Below, piece by piece: positions 18,825 through 29,500 of a stretch of DNA of 64,000 nt (its first letter is position 1; every line of letters begins with the position of its first letter). The DNA comes from Candidatus Latescibacterota bacterium (GTDB lineage Bacteria; Latescibacterota; UBA2968; GCA-2709665), in contig OZ250150.1 of assembly GCA_965237675.1 (NCBI GenBank), positions 5,184,001 to 5,248,000 on the forward strand. The letters run 5' to 3'. The notes under the pieces were generated by a model. The model was not told the DNA's origin. It saw nothing but the letters and a program-made list of their open reading frames with translations, and made no database searches. The translations under genes and the position numbers were made by a program.

Positions 18825-20042
18825 CTACAGATTCGCGGCGACTTTATTAATTGCAGTCCCGATGTCTCGTATGTCCGACTCTTCCATATGTTCATGGATT
18901 CCTCGAACCGCGACCGTCCGCAAACCCGCCACGGCCCGAGGGGTTGTGTCGGGCCCATAATGGTACTCGCGGTCCGTCGCCCCGCAGGTGAATGGGCATC
19001 CGCTATTTCCGTAGGTGATCTTCCCGGTCAGGTATCTCCCGCGCATGAATATGGGGTCACCAATATAGTGCGCTCCCACCGCAACCCCCTCGGCGGACAC
19101 CGCCTTGCAGAACCGATCGGGATCGTGACCCGTCACGTGAAATATGAAATTCCACCACGACACCTCCCGATCAGGCTCCGAGGGCACGGGCTCGATTCCC
19201 GGCGCATCCGCGATCAACTCACACAACAGCCGCCCCAGGTGAATCCGGCGCTCTACAACGGCCCTGACCTTTTCCAACTGCGCCAGACCCACCGCCCCCT
19301 GCATCTCCGTCATACGATACGTCGGCGCCAGAAATCCGTGGTCCCGCTCGCCCAGGTACTTGTAGTCCCATCCCTTATCGGAAAACAGCTTCAGGCGAAC
19401 GTATGTCTCTTCATTGTTGGTAACGGTCATCCCGCCGTCGCCGGTCGTCATGTGTTTGGACTGCTGCAGGCTGAAACAACCGATATGTCCGAACGTCCCC
19501 ACGTACCGGCCCCTGAATCTGGTTGCGTGGGCCTGGCTGCAATCCTCGATCAGGATAAGATTGTATCGATCCGCAATATCTACAACCGCGTCCACGTCGC
19601 ACGGCCTTCCAAACAGGTGCACCAGAATAATCGCCCGGGTCCGGTCCGTAATGGCCGCCTCGATAGACCCGGGCGTCATGTTCAATGTCCTCGGATCCAC
19701 GTCGGCGAATACCGGCACCGCGTTCTGCTGCAGGATAGGCATCACGCTGCCGGGATCGGTAACGGGCGCGGTGATGATCTCATCGCCCGGCTCCGGGTTC
19801 ACGGCCCCCACGGCAAGGTGGATGGCCGCCGATCCACCCGTGGAACTCTGCGCGTATCTGACGCCGTAGAGGTCGGCAAAAGCCTCCTCGAATTCCCTTA
19901 CGAACCTGCCGCTCTTTCCGAACAGATTCTGGGTGCGCACTGCTGCGATCAACAATTCCTCCTCCCGCGCCCCAAACGGCGCCCTCGCCGGAAACGGGCG
20001 GGTCCGTACCTTCGGCCCTCCGTGGATCGCCAGTTTCTCCAT
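18825..20042 (-). CDS. DegT/DnrJ/EryC1/StrS family aminotransferase
   Basis: MEKLAIHGG, IEDCSQAH, FSLQQSKHMTTGDGG, YRMTEMQGAVG. Confidence 0.92.
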   Translation of the reverse strand: MEKLAIHGGPKVRTRPFPARAPFGAREEELLIAAVRTQNLFGKSGRFVREFEEAFADLYGVRYAQSSTGGSAAIHLAVGAVNPEPGDEIITAPVTDPGSVMPILQQNAVPVFADVDPRTLNMTPGSIEAAITDRTRAIILVHLFGRPCDVDAVVDIADRYNLILIEDCSQAHATRFRGRYVGTFGHIGCFSLQQSKHMTTGDGGMTVTNNEETYVRLKLFSDKGWDYKYLGERDHGFLAPTYRMTEMQGAVGLAQLEKVRAVVERRIHLGRLLCELIADAPGIEPVPSEPDREVSWWNFIFHVTGHDPDRFCKAVSAEGVAVGAHYIGDPIFMRGRYLTGKITYGNSGCPFTCGATDREYHYGPDTTPRAVAGLRTVAVRGIHEHMEESDIRDIGTAINKVAANL

Positions 20043-20190
20043 CTTTCCTCCCACAAAAAAAATCCAGGAGCGAGGAATCAGAATCCGGAAGGAAAACCGG
20101 GTTCTCTTCTAAATCCTGACCCCTGACCCCTGGACCTTGCGAAAGCGAACCGCCCCATCGTCATCGGCCCCGATCGGTGACTACAAGCCT

Positions 20191-22593
20191 TCACCGCTCC
20201 AATCTGAACAGGACCTCCTTCTCAGCCTCCGCGTTCCCATTCTGATCGACAACGCGCACCGTCAGCCGGTTTACACCGGATTTGGCATTCTTGAGATCCA
20301 TCTCGAAATACTCCTGCAAATCCGTCTCTCCACGGACCTGCTCCGTCGCAACCGACACCTCGGGATTGCGTTCACCCCTGCGGAGCAGTCGTCCCACACC
20401 GGCCCACATCCGTCCGAACGTACCGCCCTTCTCCGGCATCGAATGAATCGTATAATGCAACGTGAATCGACTCTGCCCGAACCCATCGGCCTTGAGCCCG
20501 TACGCCTCGTAATATACAAACGGATGCTGGTTCATCCGATACGTCTTGGTTGTCATCGGAATCACCCAGATACCGCCCCCCTTGGCGTATTTCTCCAGGC
20601 CGCCCTCCGTCGAGACCTGAAACCCCAATTCCAGGCCGCTCAACTTCAACGTATCGCGGGAATAGTCCTCCACCTCGAGACGTTCTTTGTAAATGCCCGA
20701 ATGGCCGGAAACCAGATCCTTGACCTGAACGCGCAGATCGTATCTGCCGGGGCTCACGTCCAGCGCAAGCTGATTCGGAATAAAGGTTCCTTTCCCCGTA
20801 TATAGTTCCTTCGACGTGCGCAATACCAGTTCCTCACTATCCTGCAGCGTCTGGCCGGTTTCCGTATCGAACAGGGCGATCGCGCACCCCATCCGGACCA
20901 CGGGCTGCTCGTCTGATTCCGACTCTCTCAGGCTGCGCGGTGGAATACCGTAATAGACCTCCACCCGCGTCTTGCCATTGGATCCTCGAAACGTCGCCCG
21001 ATCGTAGTAAAAATCCAGAAATGCCTCGCGGCCGCCCGGCAGATAGTGCTCGGGCATCTGCCGGATGCTCCGGTTCATCACCATTGCCGGCGAGAATTTC
21101 ACCATCCGGCTGGTCCGCCGCAACGCGCCATCATCGAATGCCGCCGCGGGCACGGGCGCAAAATCAAACTTCCCGCCACCCCATTCGTTGGTAAACACAA
21201 CCTCGATCCCCCCGGCGACGCCGGTATACACCCACGACTCCCATCTTATGTAGGACATGAAGTCCCCACCGGCCGCCTGCGTGCGGTTCGGGGATAGCGT
21301 CACCTCATAGTTTTCGCTATTCAGCGCCGACAGATCGGCCGGCGCCAGCGGGTCGTCGATCAGCGCGGGCGCCCCCTCCTCAACCTCCAGGGGGTCCGGC
21401 GCCGCGCCCTGATCGGTTCCCGGCGGCATTTCAAAGGGGAAATCCAGGCCCACCTCGTGCATCCTGCGAATCGGGAATACCGGTCCCCGGCCCACCTCGG
21501 CCATGCCCAGGGGACCGTAAATATCGTGCGCGACACGTTCCTTGATTCTCTCCACGGAAACAGGCATCGGCGGCGTTACCCCGGCTGACGACGACCGGTA
21601 ATCCGGAGCGCCGTACCGAATATAGACCTCTCCCCGCCGGTCCCACGGGTGGGCCATCTCAGAGAACCCAGTCCTGGAATACCACACCCGGCGATAGTGC
21701 TCCAGCTTGCGTTCGTTCACCGCAGTCATCAGATCCGGGTCCCTCACCGACCAGAACCTTACCAGATACTCCCGCCGCGCCGCCGGATCATCCGCCGTCG
21801 CCCGGTAAGCGAGGAGTTCTTCCCTGGATGCGATCAAACTCACATCCTGATACAACTGGCGTTCCTCCGGCGGCATTCTGGAAAACCCACGGCCATAGTA
21901 CTGCATTGACAGGTTTAGGGCCTTTCGGCTCGCACAGGCCTGCGCCACCACGGGCAACAACAACCCCTCGTCCGTTGCCACCTCCAGGGAATCCAGCGCC
22001 TGCGAGGGCAATTCTTCAAGAACCCCCGACCGAACATATGCTGTGACCACGGCCCGGAGTACCGCCGGATCCCGCGTCGGTTCTACCGAGAGAGAGCGCA
22101 CATAGGCATTGAGCGACTTGTCATAGTCCTCGATATCGGAATAAAGTCGCCCCAGAAGCCGGTGGGCCAATTCGAACTCTGGCGAAAGCCCGACGGCCTG
22201 CGACGCATGGTAGATCGTCTGCTCGGAAAACCTTCCTTTTTCTCCCTCCGCCGTCCCCGACCGATAGGACGCCAGCGCCATGCCGAAATGCGCCGGTGCA
22301 AAATCGTCGTTCTGCGAAAGGGCCGAATGAAACGCCTCCTTGGCGCCCACCGGATCCGCCTTCAGCAACCGGGCGTACCCGATCCGGGTATTGTGACCAG
22401 CCGGATCCCCCACCAATTGCGGCCAGTACACCCGTACCGCACGCTGCACCTCCCAGTCAGGTGCAGGGCCGGCGGTTGAACCCCCGACCGCTTCCGGCGC
22501 TCCTTGTTCGGCGCGGGCAGCCAGACCTCCCATCAGCAAGACGGTCAAACCCGCGAGCCCGAGCACCATCCTCCGTGATCGAATCCTGTACAT
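20191..22593 (-). CDS. GWxTD-like domain protein with TPRs (paralog of 8622-12371)
   Basis: Signal peptide and TPRs. FWSVRDPD...NERKLEHYRRVWYS...WDRRGEVYIRYGAPD, then WESWVY. Confidence 0.85.
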   Translation of the reverse strand: MYRIRSRRMVLGLAGLTVLLMGGLAARAEQGAPEAVGGSTAGPAPDWEVQRAVRVYWPQLVGDPAGHNTRIGYARLLKADPVGAKEAFHSALSQNDDFAPAHFGMALASYRSGTAEGEKGRFSEQTIYHASQAVGLSPEFELAHRLLGRLYSDIEDYDKSLNAYVRSLSVEPTRDPAVLRAVVTAYVRSGVLEELPSQALDSLEVATDEGLLLPVVAQACASRKALNLSMQYYGRGFSRMPPEERQLYQDVSLIASREELLAYRATADDPAARREYLVRFWSVRDPDLMTAVNERKLEHYRRVWYSRTGFSEMAHPWDRRGEVYIRYGAPDYRSSSAGVTPPMPVSVERIKERVAHDIYGPLGMAEVGRGPVFPIRRMHEVGLDFPFEMPPGTDQGAAPDPLEVEEGAPALIDDPLAPADLSALNSENYEVTLSPNRTQAAGGDFMSYIRWESWVYTGVAGGIEVVFTNEWGGGKFDFAPVPAAAFDDGALRRTSRMVKFSPAMVMNRSIRQMPEHYLPGGREAFLDFYYDRATFRGSNGKTRVEVYYGIPPRSLRESESDEQPVVRMGCAIALFDTETGQTLQDSEELVLRTSKELYTGKGTFIPNQLALDVSPGRYDLRVQVKDLVSGHSGIYKERLEVEDYSRDTLKLSGLELGFQVSTEGGLEKYAKGGGIWVIPMTTKTYRMNQHPFVYYEAYGLKADGFGQSRFTLHYTIHSMPEKGGTFGRMWAGVGRLLRRGERNPEVSVATEQVRGETDLQEYFEMDLKNAKSGVNRLTVRVVDQNGNAEAEKEVLFRLER

Positions 22594-22920
22594 CGTTATC
22601 GCCCTCTTTTCAGGTTGGCGCCAATACGTCAGACCGCACCCATCTTCTCAGAGGCGCGGCAATGGAAACCATGGTTCTGCTCCCGATAACATTAGGATGC
22701 CCACAGGCGAAATGGGTTCCAGAAAACCCGGGAATCGCCAGAAGGCCGTGAGAGGGAAGAGGGTAGACGTAAGAGGTGTTGATGACTTTTCCATTTGAGA
22801 CACCCGTAAATGGACACTCGTTGTGTGAAACGAGAAGCGTACTGAGAAGGGGAGCGTGAGATCCGTGGGGTGCGGTGTGGACTTCTTACCTATCCCCTCT
22901 TACCTCTTCCCGCTCCTGGC

Positions 22921-22956
22921 AATAAGAAAGGAGGACGATCCCGCGGACCGCCCCCC
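22921..22956 (-). terminator. Intrinsic terminator after the PorV-family gene
   Basis: Minus strand GGGGGGCGGUCC-GCG-GGAUCGUCCUCC-UUUCUUAUU: a 12-bp stem with G-U pairs and a U-rich tail. Confidence 0.65.
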
Positions 22957-22980
22957 TTAATTTAAAGCGCTTTCCCGCCC

Positions 22981-24024
22981 TTAGAACGTCCCGCCCACGG
23001 ACAGACGCAGAGGGGGATCGAAAATACCCAGATCCGGGTTATGGTAGGAGAGATCCACGGTGACCAGCTGACCGCCCGCCAGTTCGTGCTTCAGGCCGGC
23101 ACCGACGCTCCAGCTTTCAAGAGCCGAATGCGTCCGGTAACCCGCCCGAAGCGCCAGCGTGTTTTCCAGCCAGAGTTCCCCGCCCACGCGGGTAATCGGC
23201 CGGAAGTCGGTAACGAACTCGTGCTCGAGCGAAAGCGTGAAGAAGCCCGGATCGCCCTTCTGACCGAATATCTCCATCGCTCCGCCAAGGGAGTACGTGG
23301 TGGGCATGGCGGCCGTGAAACCACCCTCGGTCACCTTCACATTCGGACCCAGGTTCCGGAAACTCATGGCAATCCGGCTGCTCCGATACCCGGTGTAAAA
23401 GTGGGTGCCGATGTTGTAGTCGATGGTGGACACCTTCTCCAGGTAGAGATCTTCCTGCATCCAGCGGATCTGACCGCCCAGCATGAATTTATCGGTCATC
23501 TTTTTGGCAAAAACCGCGCCAATGGCGATATCGCCCACCTGCGCCTTGGTGCCCGTACCCCAGGGCGCCGTCGGCGTGGTGACATCGAATTCTTCCGCCG
23601 CAAAACTGGTTACTGTAAATCCGATGACCCCGAACCCGGCATTGAATGCCAGCGCGCCGGAAACCACGGAAGAATTGGCCAGCCAGCGGGTATAGTTCAG
23701 TGTATAGGCTACATTTTCGATGTGCCCCAGGCCGGAGGCGTTCCAGAAGGCGGCCGAAATGTCATCCGCGATGGCTGTATAAGCCCCGCCCATGGCCTCG
23801 GCGCGGGCCCCCTGGCCGATCTTCAGGAAGGGGAATTCCGAGAGCCCAACCCGTTCGGCCCACAGACCCCAGGCCTTGTCTACGTTCTCCATCTTCGGAT
23901 CGATCAGCGCCCCTTTGCGCGTCTCGGCTCCGGGCGCCGGCTGCTCAACGGCCAGCGCCGGCTTCACGGAAAGGAGAGCGACGGTCACGAGGACCAACCC
24001 CAAGATGATCCATCCCTTTTTCAT
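22981..24024 (-). CDS. PorV/PorQ family outer-membrane protein (FadL-like barrel)
   Basis: Signal peptide, FLKIGQGARAEAMGGAYTAIADDISAAFWNASGL, LALRAGY, C-terminal Phe. Confidence 0.88.
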   Translation of the reverse strand: MKKGWIILGLVLVTVALLSVKPALAVEQPAPGAETRKGALIDPKMENVDKAWGLWAERVGLSEFPFLKIGQGARAEAMGGAYTAIADDISAAFWNASGLGHIENVAYTLNYTRWLANSSVVSGALAFNAGFGVIGFTVTSFAAEEFDVTTPTAPWGTGTKAQVGDIAIGAVFAKKMTDKFMLGGQIRWMQEDLYLEKVSTIDYNIGTHFYTGYRSSRIAMSFRNLGPNVKVTEGGFTAAMPTTYSLGGAMEIFGQKGDPGFFTLSLEHEFVTDFRPITRVGGELWLENTLALRAGYRTHSALESWSVGAGLKHELAGGQLVTVDLSYHNPDLGIFDPPLRLSVGGTF

Positions 24025-24054
24025 AGCAATTCTCCTTAAACGTCGCGAGGTTCG

Positions 24055-26442
24055 TTAACGGATCACCACAAACGTGCCGGTCTTGATCTTTCCGGCGCCT
24101 GCCGAACCTTCCACGCCGTGCACGGCATAGAAATAGATTCCCGGGCCGACAATCGCCCGGATGGTCGAATAAGGCCGGCCGTTCCATCTGGTCTCACTAT
24201 TTCTTATGCCCTTCTGACGCAACACCTGGATCAGCTGCCCGGCGGTATTGAAAATATAAATGTACGAGTTGGAAGGCACGTTTACAAACCGGATACTCAG
24301 ACCGCCGCCGTACTCGTTGGTCCCGTTGGCCATGTAAGGGTTCGGGACCACCACAATATCGCGTTCCAACGCGTCCGCGGCCGCTACGTACGGCAACTGC
24401 GGGGACCCCCGGTTCACCTGGAGGAAGTTGGAATACGGACCTTCCTGTCCGTTCTGCAGAAACTTCTGCGCCCTGGGCGGGAGATCCGCGAAGGTCTTGG
24501 TGCCGTCGTTGTTCACCCAGTCGTCGTGCGGTTTCTGGTAGGCCCGGACGTTGTAGTAATAGAAAAAACCCGCATTGGAACTCGCGTCGGACCAGCCGTA
24601 CATTCCCGGCCGGCCGGCCCGCCGGCCCTGGCTGGCCTGAATGGCCAGTTCCTCACCCGAGATGTCGTCGCCCTCGGCTGCAGCTACCGGCCAATCCGCG
24701 CCGCCATCGTAAGATACACCCGCAGGCAGCGGTCCACCCACGGGCAGGTCGGCGACAAGGTTGAACGGCCCGGTGGCCGTGAGCGTTCCCCGAAGACCGC
24801 GATAGATGCGGAACCCTGCGACGTCGGCAACGTTGTAATCGGGATGGATGGCGCCCTGGGCTTCGGCCGCCCAGAACAGCTTCACCTTCGCATTCTGGTC
24901 GCTCTTCGCGTAGACGTCGATGTCGGGAGGACCATCCGGGATATCAAAACCGCTCTGATAGGCGAATATCGCGTGCTCCAGATGCTCTACAATCGCCTGT
25001 TCGCCCTGAAAAAAACTGGCCTTGTCCGCAGTGAGCGACCACTGCCAGATGTCCATGGGACTCTTACCCGGTCCGCCGTACTCTGCGCCGGAGCCGGCCA
25101 CAAACGCCACAACGACCTTGGCCTTGTCACCCGGTCCGAGCGCCCAGGGACCGTACACCTGCGCGTTCGTGAAACCGCCCACCCCGGTGGGGTTGTCCTG
25201 CGCGGACGTCGCCGTCAACTTGGCAAACGCCTCCGCAGGGGTCTCTCCCTCGAGGACGGGCTCGTCGTAGTCGGCGGTGGTGCGTACGTTCCACCAGCCC
25301 TGGTAGACCGGCTGGTCCCCGTCGGGCTGCACGTACTGACCCACATCGTGCATATTGAATGCGTGTCTCGGGTCTGCAGCGTTGTCGGCGAACGCGATCG
25401 GCGCCATGCCCACGAAGGAATGCGAAGCCAGTTTGCCGTCGGGGAAGGCCATCTCCTTCAGGTCGGAGGTTTCGATGTCCTTATTCCACGGGTCGCCGGT
25501 ATCTTCCCAGGCCCTGAACGGGCTGTCGCCGTCGAACTGATAGCTCAACTTGAGACCCTGCGCCCGTGCCGCGCTGATGGACACCGGGCCGCCGGGACCG
25601 CCGTCCACGTAGTTGCCGGCCTCGGTGTAGCGAAAATGATCGTCGAGAGATTGGTCCAACCACCGCCACCATCGGCCGCCGCCCTGGTTGTTGTCCGCCG
25701 TCTCGTTGACTTTCCAGGTGGCCACCAGCGGCAGGTACACCTCGTTGTGGCGCGTGCTGCCGATATTTTCGAGGGTGTATTCCACGATGACAAAATCGTC
25801 GAACATCTGGTGAGCCCAGTTGTGAACCTTCCGGGTTATCGTGATGTCGAACCTGTTGTTCCACTTGGCAATCAGAATCTCTTCGGCAAACGCATCGTCC
25901 GGCGTGTATTCTCCGGGCGAGAAGTTATGGATGAGTCTGGGCGGCGCGCTGGTGTCCATCTCATCCGGCACGTCCGCGCCCGGCCAGTAGTTGCTGGACG
26001 GCGAGAACGACCCGGAACGCCCCTGCTCCCACTCCGTTGCCGCGCCGAGACCCGCCTCGGGCCCGCTTGACGGGTCGTATACCAGCGGTGTGATACCGAC
26101 GCTCTTGCCCCTGGGGCCGGTCCATGCCGCATCCACGCCGCCGGGCCCCACCACCATGATCCAGGTGCCGAAACCAACGGCGTTGCCGCCCCGGCGGGTA
26201 TAGTTGGAACTGGCGTTGCTGGCGGGGATGTTCGCCCAGCCGGGGTACCAGAACATATCCGGCTCGCCCGTCTGCCCGCTTCCCAAGTTCCAGCCGCCCA
26301 TGGTTCCATCCGTGTTCCAGCTAACCTGGACGTGCCCCCGGCTGGTCGACAGCCTCGGGGTGTCGCTCTGGTCTACGGCCCAAGCGCCCACTGGCAGGAG
26401 CAAGCCGCAGACAAGCGCCATAAGCTTGATGCCTGGTTTCAT
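24055..26442 (-). CDS. Secreted protein with FN3-like module and T9SS type-A CTD-like C-terminus
   Basis: Signal peptide; PDGPP...KLFW...AGFRIYRG; C-terminal IVVVPNPY...IRFVNVP...IYIFNTAGQLI...GIYFY...KIKTGTFVVIR. Confidence 0.75.
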   Translation of the reverse strand: MKPGIKLMALVCGLLLPVGAWAVDQSDTPRLSTSRGHVQVSWNTDGTMGGWNLGSGQTGEPDMFWYPGWANIPASNASSNYTRRGGNAVGFGTWIMVVGPGGVDAAWTGPRGKSVGITPLVYDPSSGPEAGLGAATEWEQGRSGSFSPSSNYWPGADVPDEMDTSAPPRLIHNFSPGEYTPDDAFAEEILIAKWNNRFDITITRKVHNWAHQMFDDFVIVEYTLENIGSTRHNEVYLPLVATWKVNETADNNQGGGRWWRWLDQSLDDHFRYTEAGNYVDGGPGGPVSISAARAQGLKLSYQFDGDSPFRAWEDTGDPWNKDIETSDLKEMAFPDGKLASHSFVGMAPIAFADNAADPRHAFNMHDVGQYVQPDGDQPVYQGWWNVRTTADYDEPVLEGETPAEAFAKLTATSAQDNPTGVGGFTNAQVYGPWALGPGDKAKVVVAFVAGSGAEYGGPGKSPMDIWQWSLTADKASFFQGEQAIVEHLEHAIFAYQSGFDIPDGPPDIDVYAKSDQNAKVKLFWAAEAQGAIHPDYNVADVAGFRIYRGLRGTLTATGPFNLVADLPVGGPLPAGVSYDGGADWPVAAAEGDDISGEELAIQASQGRRAGRPGMYGWSDASSNAGFFYYYNVRAYQKPHDDWVNNDGTKTFADLPPRAQKFLQNGQEGPYSNFLQVNRGSPQLPYVAAADALERDIVVVPNPYMANGTNEYGGGLSIRFVNVPSNSYIYIFNTAGQLIQVLRQKGIRNSETRWNGRPYSTIRAIVGPGIYFYAVHGVEGSAGAGKIKTGTFVVIR

Positions 26443-26467
26443 ACTTGCTTCTCCCTTATTCTCTAAG

Positions 26468-26493
26468 GGGGGCGGGAAAAAACGCCCGCCCCC
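26468..26493. other. Intercistronic GC hairpin after the TonB-dependent receptor gene
   Basis: GGGGGCGGG-N8-CCCGCCCCC with no U-tract. Confidence 0.55.
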
Positions 26494-26508
26494 GAATAGT
26501 TGCCATAC

Positions 26509-29500
26509 TCAGAAGTTGATTTTCAGACCCACGCCCAACTCGCGCGGCTTTCCGTAGTACCGGGTCAACTCGTTGTAATCCCCGTAGTCCAGATAGTCCT
26601 GGTCGTTCGGCCTGGGCACGTTCAGACCCCACCGCACGAAGTCAGGATAAGAACCGGCTACCGGGCTGTCCTGCTGGTTGAACAGGTTGAACACCTCCAC
26701 GTAGAAAATCGCGTTCCGGTGCCCGCCTTCCACGAGCGTTTTCTCAACCTGCAGATCGGTCCAGGTCCGCACGGGCCTGTGGCGCAACTCCGGCTGCTTG
26801 CCAGGCGGCGTGTACCACAGCGGCCTGCCGCTCTGGATACGCCAGACCATATTCGCGCGCAGGCCGCCCGCCACGTGGAACTGGCGCAACCCGGGGCCGA
26901 AGTCCACGGGCGTGTCCAGGTACAGCGAGAGGCTGGACTGGATACGAAGGTCGGAACTCTTCGGATTGAACAGCCGGCCGCCGCCGTAGGTGGGCTGCCA
27001 CACGCCGTTCATATTGGCCGGCGCGTCGTAGGCCTTCTGGATATCCATGAACTCGAAGACAACGTATTGATAGCCGTTGATCATGGCGTTGGAGCGGCCC
27101 CGCCAGTTCCTGGCCGCCCTTCCGGCGAATTCCATCCGCTCTTCCAGCGTGTAATCCTTGCGCACGTACTGCGAGCCGCTCCATTCCCAATCGTGATACT
27201 GATCCGAGTTCATCACGTACGAGGAATCGGGGTAGAACATGGTGGCGTTGGAACCCACGCGCGCGGAGGACGCCCAACCGAAGTTGATCGCCGCGTTGAA
27301 CGAGAAGTAGTGGCTGAAGCCCTTGCGCACGTGCAACTCAAAGCCTCTCATGTCCTGGAAACCGCTGGGCTTGCGGCCCCAGACCCACGTTGTCCGCTGC
27401 GGCTCGTACCAGTACCGGCTTCCGGAGTTGATCTTGCCCAGGGCGCTCTTGTAGTAGGCCGCCATACCCGCCGTATAGTCAGCCACGAAGTTCCAGTCGG
27501 CGCCCGCCTCGTAAGCCCGGGTACGCGTGAGGGCAACGTAGGGGTTCGCCATCCGGACCTGCCCGTGCAGACCCCGGAACGCATCCCAGGCCACGTTAGC
27601 GTCGGGGCCGTTGGCCCGCCACTGTTCACGGAAGAACTCAAACAAGTCGGGCACTTTCGCATACAGACCCGCCGTAAAGTGGAAGGCGGACCGGTGCGTG
27701 ATGGGATGGGAGACCCCGAAGCGCGGGCTGACCTGGGTCGCCCACTGCGGGTCGACCGTGGCCATATCCACGTGCTTGATGAGCCAGCGGTACTGCGGCG
27801 TCTGAAGCTGCGACACATTGTAAAACTTGTGGTTCGTGTAAAGCGCGTCGAATCGGATGCCCGCGTTCATCACCATGCCCTCGAACTCCATCTTGTCCTG
27901 CAGATAAAATCCGATCTGAATGGGGTTGATGGGGGCTTTCACGTCGGGCAGATTGCCCGAGTGGGTGATGAAGTCGACGATCCGCTGGCTGGGGTTGGGT
28001 GCATTGTAGTTCAGATAATAGATGCTGAAACGGGTCAGATCCATACCCGCCTTGACGAAGTGCCCCTTGGTGACCTGCGAAGACACGTCCAGCTTGAGGT
28101 TCAGCCGGCTCCTGTCGGCGATGGTATAGTTCGCGACATAGTTGGGCTTCACGTTGAACCAGCCGTCGAGGTCCTTTTCGCCGAATACCGTTAACGGGAA
28201 CCCGAACTGATCCTTCGGCCAGTTGGTATGTTGCGTATCTTCGGCAGTAGTGTAGAACGACACCCTGGCTTCGTAGAACGTCTTCGGGGATACCGTATGG
28301 GTCAGCGACGCATAGGTGACCTGATCCGAAATTCTGCGTCCGCCCGCGCCGGACCCCTCGGGCAGGAAGATATTCTGACCGTTGGAACGCCTGTCGCGCT
28401 GGGTGTTCGTTCCAATATTGTAAATTTCCGCCACTGAGTAAATGTGCCCGATACTCACCTTGGCGTCGGCGCCGGGGCGGAACGTCAGCTTTGCATTTCC
28501 GCGGAAATCGATCGGCGTACTCAGCGTGGGAAACCCGCCAGACATCACGCTGTTGAGGCTGGTGGCGCCAAGGCTCGGGTCGAATGTGGCAGTGCGAGCG
28601 GAGGTGTTCATCACGTCGGTGGGCTGCCGGGTCCACCGGGCGCTCGCGAAGAAACTGGCCTGGTCGCCCAGCGGGCCCGAAATGCCGCCCTCGATATAGG
28701 AACCCTTCACGTCGGTATAGTCCACGGAGTTGTGCGCCAGGCCCACCTCGTCGTCGGGTGTTCCCGGAACGCCATCGTCTCCGTCGCTCAGGGTCACGGT
28801 TTCCGCGCGCCACTCCCTGTTGTCCCATTTGAGCCTGTCACGGTGATACGCGCTTTCGTAGAGATTGGCGCCCCAATGCTTCTGGCCCGGGGGCGTATAG
28901 CGGAAATCGCCCCAACCACGAAAGTCGCGTCCGCCGTCTTTCGTAACGATCGAAATGGCGCCCGATTCCAGGTTGCCGTATTCCGCGCTCGCGCCGCCCG
29001 AAATCACCGTGATTTCCTGCACCGCGGTCTTGGAGACGCCGGTGAACTGCCGGCCGTATCCGTCGTTGTTCGGCAGCACCACGCCGTCCACCATCAGGAT
29101 ACCGTCCCTGGAGTCGCCGCCGCGGATGACCGTGGCATTGGTCAGATTCACGCCCGGATTCAACGCGACCAGATCGGTGACCGAACGCGCCATTGGCAAC
29201 GACTCAAGCTGCTCCGCGCTCATCACGTAATGACTGGTGGTCTTGTCCGGCTCCACGGGCGGGCGTTCGGCGATAACGACCAATTCCTCGGCTTCGAGCG
29301 CCGTCTCTCTCAACTGGAAATCGACGGTTGCGGTGAAGTCCGTCAGAATTAGCACGTCCGTCTGCGAAACCGCGTTGTAACCCACCATCGACGCCACCAG
29401 CGTGATGTTGCCCGGATCTACTGACAGAATCAGATAGTATCCGTCCGCGTCGGTCTGGGCGCCCCTGCGCGTCCCCTCAATAACGATATTCACGCCCGGC

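Noticed and set aside
24118-28194. Long plus-strand ORFs (650 and 564 aa) opposite the CTD and TonB receptor genes; similar ones at 5758-7563, 18888-20126 and 34985-36361
   Set aside because: Antisense shadows caused by high-GC codon bias. They have no motifs and fully overlap well-supported genes.
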